A stretch of DNA of 64,000 nucleotides from Hyphochytrium catenoides (GCA_900088475.1 FLMG01000943.1:1-64000), one strand, 5' to 3'. Numbered from the stretch's first letter, positions 1 to 13,754 are shown. The notes: generated from the letters alone by a model not told the origin. A program made the numbers and translations.

Positions 1-892
1 ACAGGACGGAGAGATGTCAGAGAGAGGCGGAGTAGACCCAACGGCATCGGGAGAGCCATCCCAGACATCGATACCTACAGTTGGAGATCCCCGCGGGCGC
101 GGCTACTGCGACTGCCTTTTGGATTCAATGGTATCTCGGAGCAGTGAGGATCCAATAATGTTCTGCAATGGAAAGGCGATTGGAGACTCTACGACGGCCG
201 ATGCGGGAAGCACTGCTGGAGGAAAGGAGCCAGTTAGTAACGAGAATGCTGCACGGCAACAGGGCACCTCCGTTGGGCTTGAGGTCACTATCATCATACT
301 CTCTGTTCTCTTGCTGGCGGTGCTAGCCTTTGGTGTTAGGAAGTATTGTCAGAAGAGGGCCCTCACAAGAGAAAGGAGGAGCTCAACTTCGAAGCTGCTT
401 CCACGTGGCTCCTTCGAGGACGACGACGACCACCAAGGAGTCGATGAACACATGGCAGGGGAGAGAGAAACAAGGGGAAGAGGAACGGCAACGCCCATCA
501 CTGCCTATGCGACGCTGGTGACCGAGCCTGTGGTGCTTGTAATGCCTCCAGGCGAGGCAGCGCTGACCGCTACACCTATTGTGAATGCGGAGAGACTCAC
601 TGCTGCTCCTCCAGAATCCCGAAGAGTCGACAAAATCCGTGCCAGTCACCTGATTGCTGCAAGAGAGAGAAGTGGTTCAAAGGCCGGAGCTAATGGACAA
701 CAAGCAGTACCAGCCGACGCCTCCGCACCGCGGGTTAGTCAGCTTCTGGCCATGCATGCGCCTCCGGTGAAGGTGTTACCGTCGGCCCCAAGACCATCTC
801 AGGTCCCAACCCTGAGGGACGCACGAGAACATCAGACGCCGGGTCGGCGACAAAGCAGGGAGGAACAGGAAGGCCAGGAAGGAACAAAATAA
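1..892 (+). CDS. Type I membrane protein of unknown function, probably 5'-partial
   Basis: The frame is open from the window edge. A Cys-containing segment (GYCDC...FCNG) is followed by one strong TM helix (VTIIILSVLLLAVLAFGV), basic stop-transfer residues (RKY..KR) and a low-complexity tail; TAA at 890-892. Confidence 0.6.
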   Translation, partial: QDGEMSERGGVDPTASGEPSQTSIPTVGDPRGRGYCDCLLDSMVSRSSEDPIMFCNGKAIGDSTTADAGSTAGGKEPVSNENAARQQGTSVGLEVTIIILSVLLLAVLAFGVRKYCQKRALTRERRSSTSKLLPRGSFEDDDDHQGVDEHMAGERETRGRGTATPITAYATLVTEPVVLVMPPGEAALTATPIVNAERLTAAPPESRRVDKIRASHLIAARERSGSKAGANGQQAVPADASAPRVSQLLAMHAPPVKVLPSAPRPSQVPTLRDAREHQTPGRRQSREEQEGQEGTK

Positions 893-1318
893 GAGTAGAA
901 GTAGGAGTAAGCTCTCACCCCTCTCCCTCTTTTGTCCAAGATCTCCAAAAGTAGCTAGTTTTCCTTCTAGACGTCCCACTGCTTTGACTCCTCCTCAATC
1001 TCCGTCCCTTTGCCCTCTCACTCTCCTGAGGTCACAGCCACTTGTCCATTATTTGTAGAGTACTAGTATTAAGCGAGAAGAATTCCATAAAGAGATAGAC
1101 ACAACCGGTTAGCTTATTGGATAGTCGGCCTAGAGTGAGGAGCTTCCATCGCTTCTCACGCTAGATTACCCATAGACCATACGATTAAGGACTGTGAGAT
1201 GATGGCAAAAGTCCGATAGTTAGTTCAGCGTAGTACAGTCTCTCTTTCTCCTACTTCAAAGATGTACCGCAAAAGCACAAGCCCTTGCCAAAGAACCACC
1301 GATTATTCGCTAGTCTGA

Positions 1319-2682
1319 CTAAAGTACAGCACCACCAATAAGGGCAGCAACAGACGAAGCTAGGACAAGGATGACTGGAGCAGCAAGAAGGGACCTAAGA
1401 TTAGCCCCAGGAGCGGCACTATTGGCTTTCTCGGTGGTGGGAGCTGGGGTTGTCCCCTCGCCAGAGCTAACAGATGGAGCTTGATCCACGGCGTCGTTGC
1501 TAGGTGCACCCACCGCTGGATCCCAGGCAAATTCAGTGAAAGCAGCGGTGGTGTCCACAACCATAGCGAGAACCTGAAACCTATCTTCCTTCGGGCGCTC
1601 AACCGCAGTCTCTCCCGCTGGTACCTCACTTTCTGAAGAGGGTGGGTTAGGATCATACTTCCAGAACTTGATGTCAACGGGAGTGGAGCCATCAATGAAT
1701 GCACTTGACTCCCAAGAAAGCTTAGCGTTTCCGACGGCGACCTCCGTGTTAGCAGGCGCTGCCTTCTTGTCGAAGTCCGTCCGTGTGCTATGGATATGAT
1801 GCCAGAGGACCAGCTTGTTGCCCTCTGCCTTGTCCCAGTTAGAAATATTCACATTCCATTTAAGTGAGTCCTGCAGTAAGTTGATGCTGCCAGCGGTAGT
1901 GCTGTCGTCCAGTGAACTCTGAGCCTCCACAACCACCTTGACAGTCTTGCTCTTCACCACTCCAGAGAAAGACGAAGAGGCAGAGATGTACGTAGCCGCT
2001 CCGACTGTGGCCTTGCTCACATTGACGGGGCTCCAGTTCTTAGAGACCAATTTCAGCTCAGCCTGCGTCTCGTTCGCTGCATTAACCTCCAGAATACGGG
2101 TGAATGCCATGCGAAGACCTTCAAAATTGACGTCTGGAGAGTCTTCAGATTTGACTCCAGAGACGTCTGAAAAGTAGCGATAAGCGAAGGAAGGGCCGCC
2201 CAAAACGTCAAAGGTTTGGATAAAGCCAGCTTTCTTGTTCTGATCCTTGCTAAAGCTGCGGATATGGACCTGTTGATGTCCGAGGACAATAGACAGCACA
2301 GGCGGAGGACAAAAAATCTGTGAGAGGAGGTGCCTATACAAAGAGATGAGAAGTAGACAGACTGAGAGAGAAAAGCAGAAGCCATACGCATCCTTTCCCT
2401 CCTCTAATATCAGTATGTGATAAAGGACTGCCATGTGGGCCGGCACACTGAGCAGACTGGCGCAAAGCAGACATCTCCTACCATTTTTCCTTTCCCGGTG
2501 CATTTAACCTGGACATTACGCTTGTTTCCGCTCACTTCCGCCGCCGCTCCGCAGTCCAAATCAGCTTTCTGGCGACCGTTGTTGCGCTTTTCAATTGCTT
2601 CCTTCGGTGGTCCCTTACGGTCCGCGGCGGTCAGTGCCAGGCCCGACAGAGCGAGCAGGGAGACAAGAGAGAGAATCTTCAT
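1319..2682 (-). CDS. Secreted, probably GPI-anchored surface protein (2 exons: 2682-2482, 2269-1319)
   Basis: Signal peptide MKILSLVSLLALSGLALTAA. A GT-AG intron at 2481-2270 (ATG|gtagga...caacag|GTC) joins two ORFs in frame. A beta-rich core is followed by a S/T/P/A stalk and a hydrophobic C-terminus (LLAAPVILVLASSVAALIGGAVL*). Confidence 0.85.
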
Positions 2683-2807
2683 CGCGATCGTTCGTCTATA
2701 TCAGACAGGGAAGGGATTCGATGAGGGGCTTGCTTCAAGAGCAAGTGCGAGAAAATTTGAGAGTGAGGATCTCCCATAATATAGAGGACCGACAGATGGC
2801 CGCTAAA

Positions 2808-2810
<3 letters not shown>

Positions 2811-2846
<36 letters not shown>

Positions 2847-3810
2847 TCACTCGTATCCCTCGCTCCGCCCACTCAGTCGGGCGCTTCTTGCTCCTCCTGC
2901 TCCTTCTTCTGCTGCTCCTCCTACCTTACTTCTCAGTCTCTGAAGCTCACCTCTCTCTTACACCTGGACAAGTCCTGCCGGCCGTGCTTGCTAACGATGT
3001 CTTTCCAAGAGGAACTACTGCACCTGGTGGCCGGTGTGCAAGAGGAGAGATCATGCGTCAACAGACAGGAGAGACGAGAAAGGTGTACCATGGGAGAGAG
3101 AGCGAGACGAGAGACGAGACCGTTGGGGATGAAAGGGAAGAGACACACGGATACGAACTTTCCAGCGTAGAGACAAGGGAAAGGAGAGAGAGAGAGAGAG
3201 AGAGAGGAAGTGCAAAAGATGGATAGAGTGAGGTAAATAACATCCTCCTAGATAGGCTAATAACTAGATAGATAGAGCCATAAATAGATGCACAGATAGA
3301 GCAAAGGAATGAGTGTGAGACAAAGAGAGAGAGACAGAGGGGTGAGAGAGAGAGTGAGAGAGCGCGAGAGATGGAGAGAGACAGCGAGAGAGAGAGAGAG
3401 TGACAGAGAGAGATGGAGAGAGAGAGAGAGAGACAGAGACAGAGATTGAGATAGATAGATAGACTGATGGATAGAGAGAGAGATGAGAGACATGATCTAT
3501 TCTGGGAAGGGTGAGAAAGATCATGATGACAGCGAATGGGCGACACCACCCAAAGGTATGACAGAATGTGGTCCCACTCCCTCTGACACTATATATATCC
3601 CTCTCATACGTTTGGGCAGGTGGCCAATGAGGCCGTTACAGAGTGATGGATTGATGTTTCTGGTGTCTTGTGTCCTTTTCTATCTTTACCTTCTCTCTCT
3701 CTCTCTTTCTCTTCCTCTCCTTTCTCCCATCTCTTCGTTCACACTCCTCTTATCTTTCTCATGAATGCGTTTTCCTCACCGCACTTCGCTCTCATGCACT
3801 CTCTCTCTCT
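2811..3810. repeat. (GA)n/(CT)n microsatellite and purine/pyrimidine-tract field
   Basis: Perfect (GA)n at ~2811-2842, GA-rich at ~3180-3490, CT-rich at ~3680-3810. Confidence 0.95.
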
Positions 3811-4939
3811 GTCTTCTTTCGTCGTCTCCCCTGAATGCCGGCGTCGTTCTTTGGGTCTGTTGTTCCCCACTCTAATCGTGTGCGTTCCTGTCTCTAGGAG
3901 CTCACGTCTGTCTACAGCTCCAGGAAAACGTCGCATGGCCCGTCAGCACAGCTCTTTGTTAGGCGGTAAGAAGGTATTCTTCTACAATCTTAACCATGCT
4001 GGAATCCCATCCCCAGCACGTTTGGTCACGGGTAATAACTTCACCAAGGTAGTGACCTCCGCCTGGATGTGTACACTTATCTGGGTTCTATCTTTGCGGC
4101 TCCTCTCGTCATTTCGGTCCTGATAGTATTTATCAGCTAGTAGTTATCGCTAGTGTAAGGGGATAAGGTTTGACTAGCTGGCCAACCCCTAGGACCTAGT
4201 CAGTGGGCTGACCCGGATGCGCTGGTGCGCTCTGAGGAAGTCAATAAACAGTCTGCTTTTCCATCCCATAATCGTCGCCCTCTCGACCACCGCTGAAAGA
4301 GCCTTTGGCAGGGCATTGTACAGCTGTAGCTTCTCATTTGGCCTTTCAGCAGGGGGATTCGTGTTTTGCTTCTTGTTCGCTCCTTCGGATTGAGGTTGCG
4401 CTCTGTTCTTCTTCTCTTTTGGGGGTTATGTTGTCCCTTAGCAGAAGACACGCTGTGGAGTTCGAGAGTTTTCTGGATATACATCCGGTGAACTCTTTGT
4501 CGTCGCTGGCCTTCTTTTAGGTCTTTGATGCGGAGTTGATGACTCAACAACGCCAGAGATAAAAAAGAGTAAACGCAACATCAGTCCGATGGAGCGAGAA
4601 GAAGAAGAAAAACAAGAAGGGATTCCCCCTGCGGAACGGTCAAATGAAAGGCTACAGCTGTCTGTTACAATGGCTTCATATATGCCGAAGAGGCAACGAC
4701 TGAGCAAAGAGAATCCCTTTGGGCTTGATCTTTAAATGAGTAACCTTCGCTCCTCACGCCAGATATCTCACGCCTACGAAAAAGTGGGCAGGTTCAAAGC
4801 CCTTTCTTGGAAATCTAGAGAGACGAAAAAGCCTCCTTCTTCTGCTGTTATTATTACAGGATTCTTCCTTCTCTAATACCGAGCATGGAGAAGACAAAGT
4901 TGATAAAGACGACAGGAAGGCCTTAAAAATAGCTCTTGT

Positions 4940-5810
4940 TGTCTCTTCTTCTTCCTCTTCTTCTTCTTCTCTTTCTTCTGCTTCTCTTTCCTCTCTTTAT
5001 CTTCTTCTTCTCTCTCTTCTTCTTTTATTATTTCTTCTTCTTGTTCTCTTTTCTTCATCCTTTTTGATTAGTAGTAGTCGGCTTCTTCTTTGAATAAAAG
5101 AGATAAAGGCACAGGTTCCAGGTATGAACTTGATCCTTCTCCCATGGCGGCCGATGAACCGAACGGCCATAGAGCAAAGGAAAGGGAGACCCTTGTTACC
5201 CTCGGAGAACTGATGATGATTATCATGGAAAAGGAAGAGGAAAGAGAGAGATATTTCATAGCTACAAAGAACCAGGAAGGTTGTTCGCTATAAAGAGACA
5301 GGATAGAGGCGGTTTGGAAAGACAGAGAGAGGCACACACCGAGGGAGAGTGACAGGTGACAGAATGTAAAGAGAGCGAGAGCGAGAGAGAGAGGGGGACG
5401 GGGAGGAGAAGAGGAGAGGAGGAGAATGACAGAGAGAAAGAAAGAGAGGGGATCCTAGAGATAATATAATGTGGAATGGCAGAGAGAGAAAGAGAGAGAA
5501 AGATGGGGAGAGAACGAGAGAAAGGGGCAGAGAAAGAGAGAGAAAGAGAGAGAAGGACAGCGAAAGAGAGGCAAGAAAAGGAGAGAGAGAGGCAAGGAAA
5601 GGAGAGAGAGAGAAAGATAGAGGGACAGAAAGGCGGAGAAGGGACAGAAAAAAGAGGAGGAAATAAGCCAGAACCAAGGATCGCTCCACCAGTTACTATA
5701 AGGCTAGGCCACCATTGATTATTTGACAGATCTTCTCTAACCCTCCCCCAGGAGTAGCGATAGTGGAAGCTTTCGTAGTCTTCATTGACAGAGAGAGAGA
5801 GAGAGAGAGA
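4940..5810. repeat. (CTT)n/(CT)n and (GA)n low-complexity tracts upstream of PRP6
   Basis: Pyrimidine tract at ~4940-5060, purine tract at ~5340-5660, (GA)n at ~5790-5810. Confidence 0.9.
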
Positions 5811-6392
5811 GCCTGGGGAGGGAGAGTCCATTATGATTCTGAGAGAGCGCAAGCTCTGCTAATAAATCTCCACAAAGTCCTCATCATCGGGACGGAGAGC
5901 ACCGCTTCAGATGTTGGACTTGCAGACGCAGAAGCCAAGCTCTACGACACCCTTCCCAACCGGACAGTAACGAGGGAAAGTAGCTGTTGGCCAGAACAGG
6001 CAATAAGCGCTGCCGGGGCCGCTAGAGCAGACACCGGGCGCTGTTGAAGCTGCACCGCTTTCCCTTAACTGCCGCTGACGACAAAACTCTAACGGACCTT
6101 ATAAGGCAGCCTGTGCTGAGCGCGCACTACCTGGAGAGGTACGTATGCGGATCCTTACTTTTATTTGATACCTTATGCCGCGATCCTTCTGTTAGATCCT
6201 CTCTATTACGCTTGTATAGTCCAAGTTCCGGACCTTTTGCCCGTTCATCATCTCTTGGCCATTGTAAAGTCCTTTACATCAAGCAGCAAAGTCTTCCGTT
6301 CTTTGCCCCAAAGCAACTGACCTTCCTCATATTGAGATATAAGCTTACTAAGGGTGCCTTACATTCACGAACAGGACGCCAAAGAAAGAAGT

Positions 6393-9300
6393 ATGATTGG
6401 CGTAGGGCCACGCACTCGCGCCACTTATGACAAAGGAGCTCCGGCAAACTATGTGGCCGGTCTCGGTAGAGGAGCTGTAGGGTTTACCACTCGATCTGAT
6501 ATTGGACCTGCCCGGAGTGCGCCGCCTCCTGATCCCTTTGGGGCTCCTCCTCCCGGCTATGTGGCAGGAGGAGGACGAGGCTTAGGAGAGAACAGAAGCG
6601 AAGAGCGAAGAGTTGGACTTGGTAGGGGCAGCGGTACTGCTGGCGCCGGGGGTTTTGGCAAGGAAGTAGAACGCGATGAGGTGGAAAGAGACTACAGCGA
6701 GTCGAACTACGATGAGTTCACAGGCTATGGAGGCAGTCTCTTCAATGACACTCCCTATGAGGAGGATGATAGAGAGGCCGATGCGATATATGATGAGATC
6801 GATCTCCGAATGGACTCAAGAAGAAAGAGAAGGAGAGAGGAAAGACAAAAGGAGGAGATGATGAAGATTAGACAAGAAAGGCCCAAAATTGCAGAGCAGT
6901 TTGCCGACCTAAAGAGCCAGCTGGGCACCGTCTCCCAGGAGGAGTGGGAGACGATACCGGAGACAGGTAATAGAGAACAAAGGGACACGAGGGAGAGACA
7001 ATGTGAAAGGAAATAGGCAAGCGTCTGATAGATGATGTAAAAGCAAAAGAGATGGCCCTCCAAACAGAAAATGGCTGTGGAGGCGAGAGTATAAGAGACA
7101 GCATGAAGGTGGTGCCGCTGCGTGGCCTTACGTGGCGGCACATGCCATTCTGTCACAAGGAGAGCTTCCAGTTACTTTTGAGTCCGACAGTCGTTCCGTT
7201 AAGTTTACGTTTGTGTTCTCTTTGCAGGTGACTACACTCTAAAGCACAAGACGAGCCAGCGGAGAGCGGAGATTTTCACCCCGATGCCCGATCACATTAT
7301 AAGCAGCGCAAAGAACGTGGCGAGCACCGTAGGTGCCTTGGATCCGGCTCAGCAGAGATTTGGCGGACTAGAGACTCCCGTGAACGGGTAGGGCCCTCCG
7401 CTTGTATAACCTTCCCGCTCGTCTTTATACCAGCCCTGTGAACCATCACTTGATCTAGAGAAACCATGCGGGCGTTCTGTGCCCCCCCCACCCAAGCTTT
7501 CTTTCGCCATCTTCTCAAGTCCTGACTGTCCTATACTGGTGTTCTGTTGTGGAGACTATTTAGAAATGGTCTTATCTCAGCATATAACCTGGTCTAATCA
7601 TGCTCCCTCAATGTCTTTTTCAACTCAGAACTCTTTCAACTGTGTCGGGACTGGCAGAGGCGCGAGGTGCAGTCCTCAGCTTAAAGCTTGACAAGATGTC
7701 CGATTCGGTCTCAGGACAGACAGTCGTTGACCCCAAGGTTGGAGACATCTTGGGTTTTACCATCTTTGTCTTCCTACTGTTGGCACTTGAGGTCTTTCAG
7801 TTGAAGTCTGCTACTATCGACCTGCATTTTTAGAGTTAGTTCGGCCAGCACTCACCTAGTCCGCCTGTGGTGTCTGAATTCTGACTGGTCGTTTATGTAG
7901 GGCTACCTGACTGATCTAAATAGCATCAAGATCACTTCAGAAGCAGAGGTTGGAGACATTAAGAGAGCGCGGCTGCTATTAAAGTCTGTCACATCTACCA
8001 ACCCCAAGCACGGACCTGGCTGGATCGCCGCCGCCAGACTTGAGGAATATATTGGGAAGATTGTTCAGGTTCGTTCTTATTCTCTATACCGATTGTGACT
8101 GCTCCGTCGCACCTTCTCGGAGACATTTGTTAGCCTCTTGGCCCTTCCGTGACTGATTTGTCCTCGTTTGCGTTCGTATCGACGCGACTGTCATTTTAGT
8201 GACTGGATTTCACTGATGTCATATTGAAGTTAAACAACTCATTGTCCATTCCCTTCCTTACACGCAGGCTCGTAAAATTATAAAGCAGGGTTGTGAGGCC
8301 TGCCCAGATGCGGAGGATGTATGGCTTGAAGCCGCTCGGCTTAACACGCCAGAAAATGCGAAGACGATTCTGGCAGAGGCAGTGCGGCACATTCCGGGAA
8401 GCGTAAAAATATGGATGCAGGCGGCCAACCTGGAGCAGGAAGACTCAGCGAAGAAGCGGGTACTTAGAAGGGCCTTAGAGTTTGTTCCCAACTCGGTGAG
8501 GCTATGGAAAGCTGCAATAGAGTTGGAAGAGGAAGAAGATGCAAAGATTATGCTTTCTCGAGCTGTCGAATGCGTTCCTCAAAGCGTAGAGATGTGGTTG
8601 GCCCTGGCTCGGCTAGAGAGCTATGAGAGTGCAAAGGAAATTTTGAATAGAGCAAGAATTGCCAACCCCACCGAACCTGCTATCTGGATCACCGCTGCGA
8701 AGCTGGAAGAGGCGAACGGAAACACGGTAAGGCTCCATTGCTTTTTCTTTGTGGTAATAGGATCTTTCGCTTTGTCAGACGCATTTTATTGGTCTGGTCC
8801 CATGCTTACGTGCAGTACCTTCTTCCTTAAACGCTTTGTCTGTGTCTTCGCGGAGGGTTGTCCAGATTCAAAGATCGCTAGGTCTCTCTCATGCACATTA
8901 TCGGTCACGCCCTATGGTGTGTGTCTGTGTCGGTTTCTTTCGCTCATAAACGAAACGTCAACGTTTGCAGGACGCTGTAGAGAAGATTATTCAAAAGGCC
9001 ATCAAATCGCTGACTCGAGCTCAAGTAGTGGTAGACAGAGAAAGTTGGCTTAAAGAAGCAGAAGCAGCAGAACACACGGGCGCACCTCTTACTGCTGGTG
9101 CGATTGTGCGGGCCACGATAGAGCTAGGCGTTGAAAAAGAGGACAGAAAGAGCACCTGGATGGACGATGCGGAGGCTGCTATTGGTAGAAACGCGCCAGA
9201 GACAGCCAGAGCAATCTTTGCCCATGCTTTGACAGGTGCGCAGCCGCTGTGCAACTCAATATCACATATGTGTCTAGTCTGCACCACCTCTTCCTTTCTA

Positions 9301-10108
9301 GCCACATATAGTTCCCTCTGTCTTTTGTGAAGAGTTCCTGCCACGAGGGCAAATGAGCTGCCGTCATTTTTGCTGACTTCTGTGGCACTTGGTGCATCAA
9401 GATCGCTTACTCTCTCTCCGTTTCGCCAGTCTTCCCCACCAAGAAATCAATCTGGCTTCGTGCAGCCACGTTAGAGAAGAAGCACGGCACGCCGGAATCC
9501 CTAGATCAAATGCTCCGGAACGCCGTCACGTACTGCCCTAAAGCTGAGATACTGTGGCTTATGGCTGCTAAGGAGGCCTGGCTGAACAACAATGTGGAGC
9601 TTGCCCGGCAGATTTTAGGAGAGGCGTTCAAGGCTAATCAAAACAGCGAGCAGATCTGGCTGGCTGCAGTGAAGCTGGAGTGGGAAAATAATGAATTCCA
9701 CAATGCGGAGAGACTATTGGAGTTCGCAAGGAAGAACGCTAATACAGAGCGTGTTTGGCTCAAAAGCATTTTACTTCAGACGGAGCTAGCAGTGCTAGGG
9801 AAGGAAGATGAGAGGAAACAGCATGAAGAGGAAGAGGGCAAGCTCCTGGCTGAGGCGCTGGAGCGGTTCCCAGACAAGCCTAAGTTCTACATGATGGCGG
9901 GTCAGAGACAAGAAAGACTGGTAAGCAGCACCTGTCCGATCCCTTCTTCCCATTAAATCTATTGTCGCTCTTCGTCATACCTATATTGCTTTTTTTTGGC
10001 CTTTTGATATGTATATGCCTGCAGTCCTTTTTGGGCTTGTCCTACGACTGCCCCTTCACCCTAGTTTTGCTTCTTCTTCATCTCCTCACTCTCTCGTTCT
10101 CTCTCTTT

Positions 10109-10144
<36 letters not shown>

Positions 10145-11124
10145 TTTCCCTCTCTCTCTCTTTCTGCCAGAACAACCCTCCGGGAGCTAAGGAGTACTAC
10201 CAGAAAGGCCTCAAGCGTTGTCCCAAAAGTATTCCTCTGTGGACCCTTGCTGCACAATTGGAGGAGAGACTGCAGGGCGCGACCAAAGCTCGATCAGTCC
10301 TTGAGCTCTCCAGGATCAGTAACCCCAGTTGCCCAGAGCTCTGGCTTGAGGCCATTAGACTCGAGCACAGGTAAGACCGAGGAAGGGAGAAGTAAGAATC
10401 TAGGCACTGGTGTGGATCATATACTCTGCCATAGCTACATATGGCGCTTTGCTGGGTTGGTCCTTTCTGTGCTTCTCTTATTGACGCACAGCCCTGTCCA
10501 CTCTCGGCTAGAGGACGCTCTCTACTGCCTCCTCTTCATCTGCCGGTCTTCTTTCAATCCTATTAGCTTCCTGCGTCTGTCAATTGGTCGGAAGTGATCT
10601 ATCTCACATTGGTTGGTTAACGGCATCATCTCAAACTGTTGCTGTCCCCTAGGCACAATAACCTCAAGCTTGTGGATCAGCTGCTTGCGCGAGCCCTCCA
10701 AGAATGCAAGGATAGTGGCTTACTTTGGGCAGAAGCCATCACTCTTGCCCCTCGTCCCCAGCAGAAGTCTAAGTCCTACGATGCACTGAAGCGCTGTGAC
10801 CAAGATCCTCACGTTATTCTTGCCGTGGCGCGCCTCTTTTGGTCAGAGAGGAAGTATGAGAAAGCGAAGAAATGGTTTAATAGAGCTGTGACCTTGGACC
10901 CGGATTTAGGTGATGCCTGGGCCTACTATTATAAGCTGGTTCTGCAGCATGGTACCAAGGAGGAGCAGGAGGACGTGCTGAAGCGCTGTGTGGCTGCAGA
11001 GCCGCACCATGGTGAGCTCTGGTGCCAGGTCTCAAAGAAGACGGAGAACAGGAGAGAGAAGCCTGCGACGATATTGAAGAAGGTTGTGGCTGCCCTGGCC
11101 AGCAGTGGAGAGAAGAAGGAGTAA
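6393..11124 (+). CDS. PRP6: Pre-mRNA processing factor 6 (U5 snRNP HAT/TPR protein), 9 exons: 6393-6966, 7228-7387, 7629-7737, 7901-8068, 8268-8726, 8971-9235, 9430-9920, 10171-10370, 10653-11124
   Basis: Diagnostic N-terminal motif [22 protein letters not shown], plus [52 protein letters not shown] repeats and the C-terminal [13 protein letters not shown]...EPHHGELW. All eight GT-AG introns preserve the frame. Confidence 0.98.
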
Positions 11125-11326
11125 ATTGGACAGGATGTGACTTCTTGGGGTGTTGATATGGCTGAAGAAGTAGAGGAGTGGGAACCATTAAACTCTTAAA
11201 TGTTATAACTGAGAGCTGTTTGATGTGAGGCTCAAGATGTGAGGATCAAAGAGACAGGAAGTTCATTTGGCAGCTCCTCCCCAATTCGGCTCCTATTAAC
11301 CACACTTGGGATGTCCTCACACTGTC

Positions 11327-13224
11327 CTATTTCCATCCGTCCGGCAGCAGTGGAATCACGGGCTTCAACTGGTAGAAGCTGCAGTCTCCATGGTCCTCGA
11401 TAAATGAGAGGAGCTGGTCGTGGAAGTACTGGACTGCCGCTGGATGGAGAGGCATAGCAGCCAGCACACTGAAGACCCAGAGCCATCGCTCCACCCCCCC
11501 TCGCCCATAGTCCGCCCAGCACTGCTCCCAGGTGTAGGAAGGGTCCGAAGGCGACTCACGAATAGAAGACGTGAGTCTCTCCCAATAGAGACGGATAAGC
11601 TCTTTCTCGTGCTTGCGTCTAACATCTACTTTAATATCAGAGATCATCATCTGACCAATGTCCGTCATGGGTTCCCAGACGCCCACCTCAGACCAGTCTA
11701 GAAGCATCACTCGGCCACCGTCCTGGACAGACGCAGTTGTAGAGAGGCTAGAGTCCAGAGAGGATAAAGTACCGGGAGAGCTTGAGAGAAGACGGGAAGG
11801 AAGAATGTACATCATGTTCGCGGCGTGGAAATCTCCGTGCGTTAGGGTAAAAGGGACCGCAGGGTCATGTAGGTGTGCTTGCAGAGCTTCCCAGGAGGCG
11901 CGACGGTAGGACTCTTCTATAATAGACACAAGCTTAGGCGACCAACGCACTCCTCCATGGGCCTCCGCCGCTGTCCCTCGGCCTTTCTTATCGGGAGAAG
12001 AGGCAGAAGACGTAGATGAGTCGCTTTCCGAGGGGTGAGATGGAGGACAGCGGAGGCCAAACTTATGCTTTGTTGTCTCCCACGAGGCTCTACCGAACTC
12101 TATTGAAAGCCACCAGAGAGCTTCTCTCTCGCCTCTGTACCACGACGCAGCTTTGAGCATGTTTGGAAAAAAAGAAGCGGAGAGGCCCAGATGATCAAAG
12201 AAAGAAGCTGACCGAGGAGTGAAAAGGGAGCTGTCTCTCCAGTGTAAAGCATGGAAAGCTGCAGTAGCAAGTACGACCTCACGTAACACATCTTTCTCGT
12301 CTCTGTTATGTCTTGCAGGCAACGGAGGAAGGCCCCAGATTTGGTTGCCGAAGTAAAAGTTCAGTCCAAGGCTGTCTCTCTTCTCCAGATCTTCCATGAG
12401 AAGGAGGAAAGAGCCCGTGAAGGCGGAGGCGGAAGAGAAATAGATGGTAGGAGTGAGGAATCTCTCATCTTCTTGCTTGGTCTCTCTTGCTTGGTCTCTC
12501 GTGTTCCACAGATCTGAGGCATGTCGGAGGAAGATAGCTTCTCGATACTGACCAGATGCAATTGATCTCTTCCTCTCTTCCATTGCAACAGCCTTCGTCA
12601 TCTTCAGTATGATTGTAGAAGGAGGAGAGATGAGAGAGAGCGATGATCCTGAGGATGGAAGAAGAGTAGAGTAGGTGAGATGGAGGCGGAAGATGGCACT
12701 GGCCAAGCCTCTGTTCTCAGAAAGAGACTGCACCTTCACATCTTTGACCTCTTCTCCCTTCTTTAGAATATTTTTGGCTCTCAGCACGCTGGTCAACCAA
12801 AGCGGGGAAACGCTAATTACTAGAGAGCCTGCGTCTCTCTTCTTCTGCTCCGGCAGGGGAACAGACAGCACACGCTTTGGCTCAAGAAGTCGAAGAGAGA
12901 TGGAAGACAGAGTGCCTTCAAGCATGGGAGGAAGGCCCTTAATACGATGAAGAAAGAGGAGTACGGGCTCTGTCAGGAGCTGTGAGAACATGAAGAGAGC
13001 GAGAAAGATCTCTGCGAGTCGACTCTGTACGCCATAGCACCATAGCGTGGCTCTCATTTGTAGGGAGACCCAGGCCGAGGGCCGTGTTGAGAAGGGTTTT
13101 GGCTTCATACTTCTGTCTCTCCTTTCCACGGCTACGTAGTCTGCTCCCTTTCTCGACTTCGGCTTCCCTTCTTGGCGACACCGTCTAACCTGGTGATTGT
13201 CCACTTCGATATGGCAAGGACCAT
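11327..13224 (-). CDS. Ecdysteroid kinase-like / APH-choline kinase family phosphotransferase (5' exon structure uncertain)
   Basis: Long ORF with IILKM (VAIK-like lysine), YREAIF (helix C Glu), LLLMEDL, the Brenner motif TLTHGDFHAANM and MLLDWS. The true start or first intron lies somewhere in 12925-13224. Confidence 0.85.
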
Positions 13225-13299
13225 CTATCAGAAGAGCGACTGCCGGTCAAGATGTGAAGATTTGATAGGACAGAGCAAGAGAGAAGAGTTTATGGGATA

Positions 13300-13710
13300 A
13301 AGAGTTGGAGAGACCGAGAGAGTGGAAAAGAAGCGCCGAGGTGAGGGAGGGAGCCGAGCTGAGCAGGGCGAGACGAGAGAGAGGTTAAAACAGGAGAGAG
13401 AGAGGGAGGGAAAGAGCGAGAGAGAGAGAGAGGCAGAGAGATGGAGAGAGAGAGAGAGAGAAAGAGAGAGCCCTCAACCAAAGTCGCTTGGTGCCTCTGA
13501 GGCTCTGAGGATATGATGGGAAACTTCTGTTGAGGCTTCTGAACAGCATGACCATCACTCCGTCACCTGGGCGGCTAATCCTGGGGGACGGACTGGATGT
13601 ATCTGTGTCTTTTCTGTGGCTCGACGGAATAGGAACAGGGACATCAGGGCCCACATAACCTCAGCAATCACTCTCTTCTCTCACGCTGCCTCTGCCTGTC
13701 TTCTCTCCTC

Positions 13711-13745
<35 letters not shown>

Positions 13746-13754
13746 NNNNNNNNN

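Noticed and set aside
2595-5852. Numerous ORFs rich in SLSL or RERE
   Set aside because: They are translations of GA/CT microsatellites with no coding signal.
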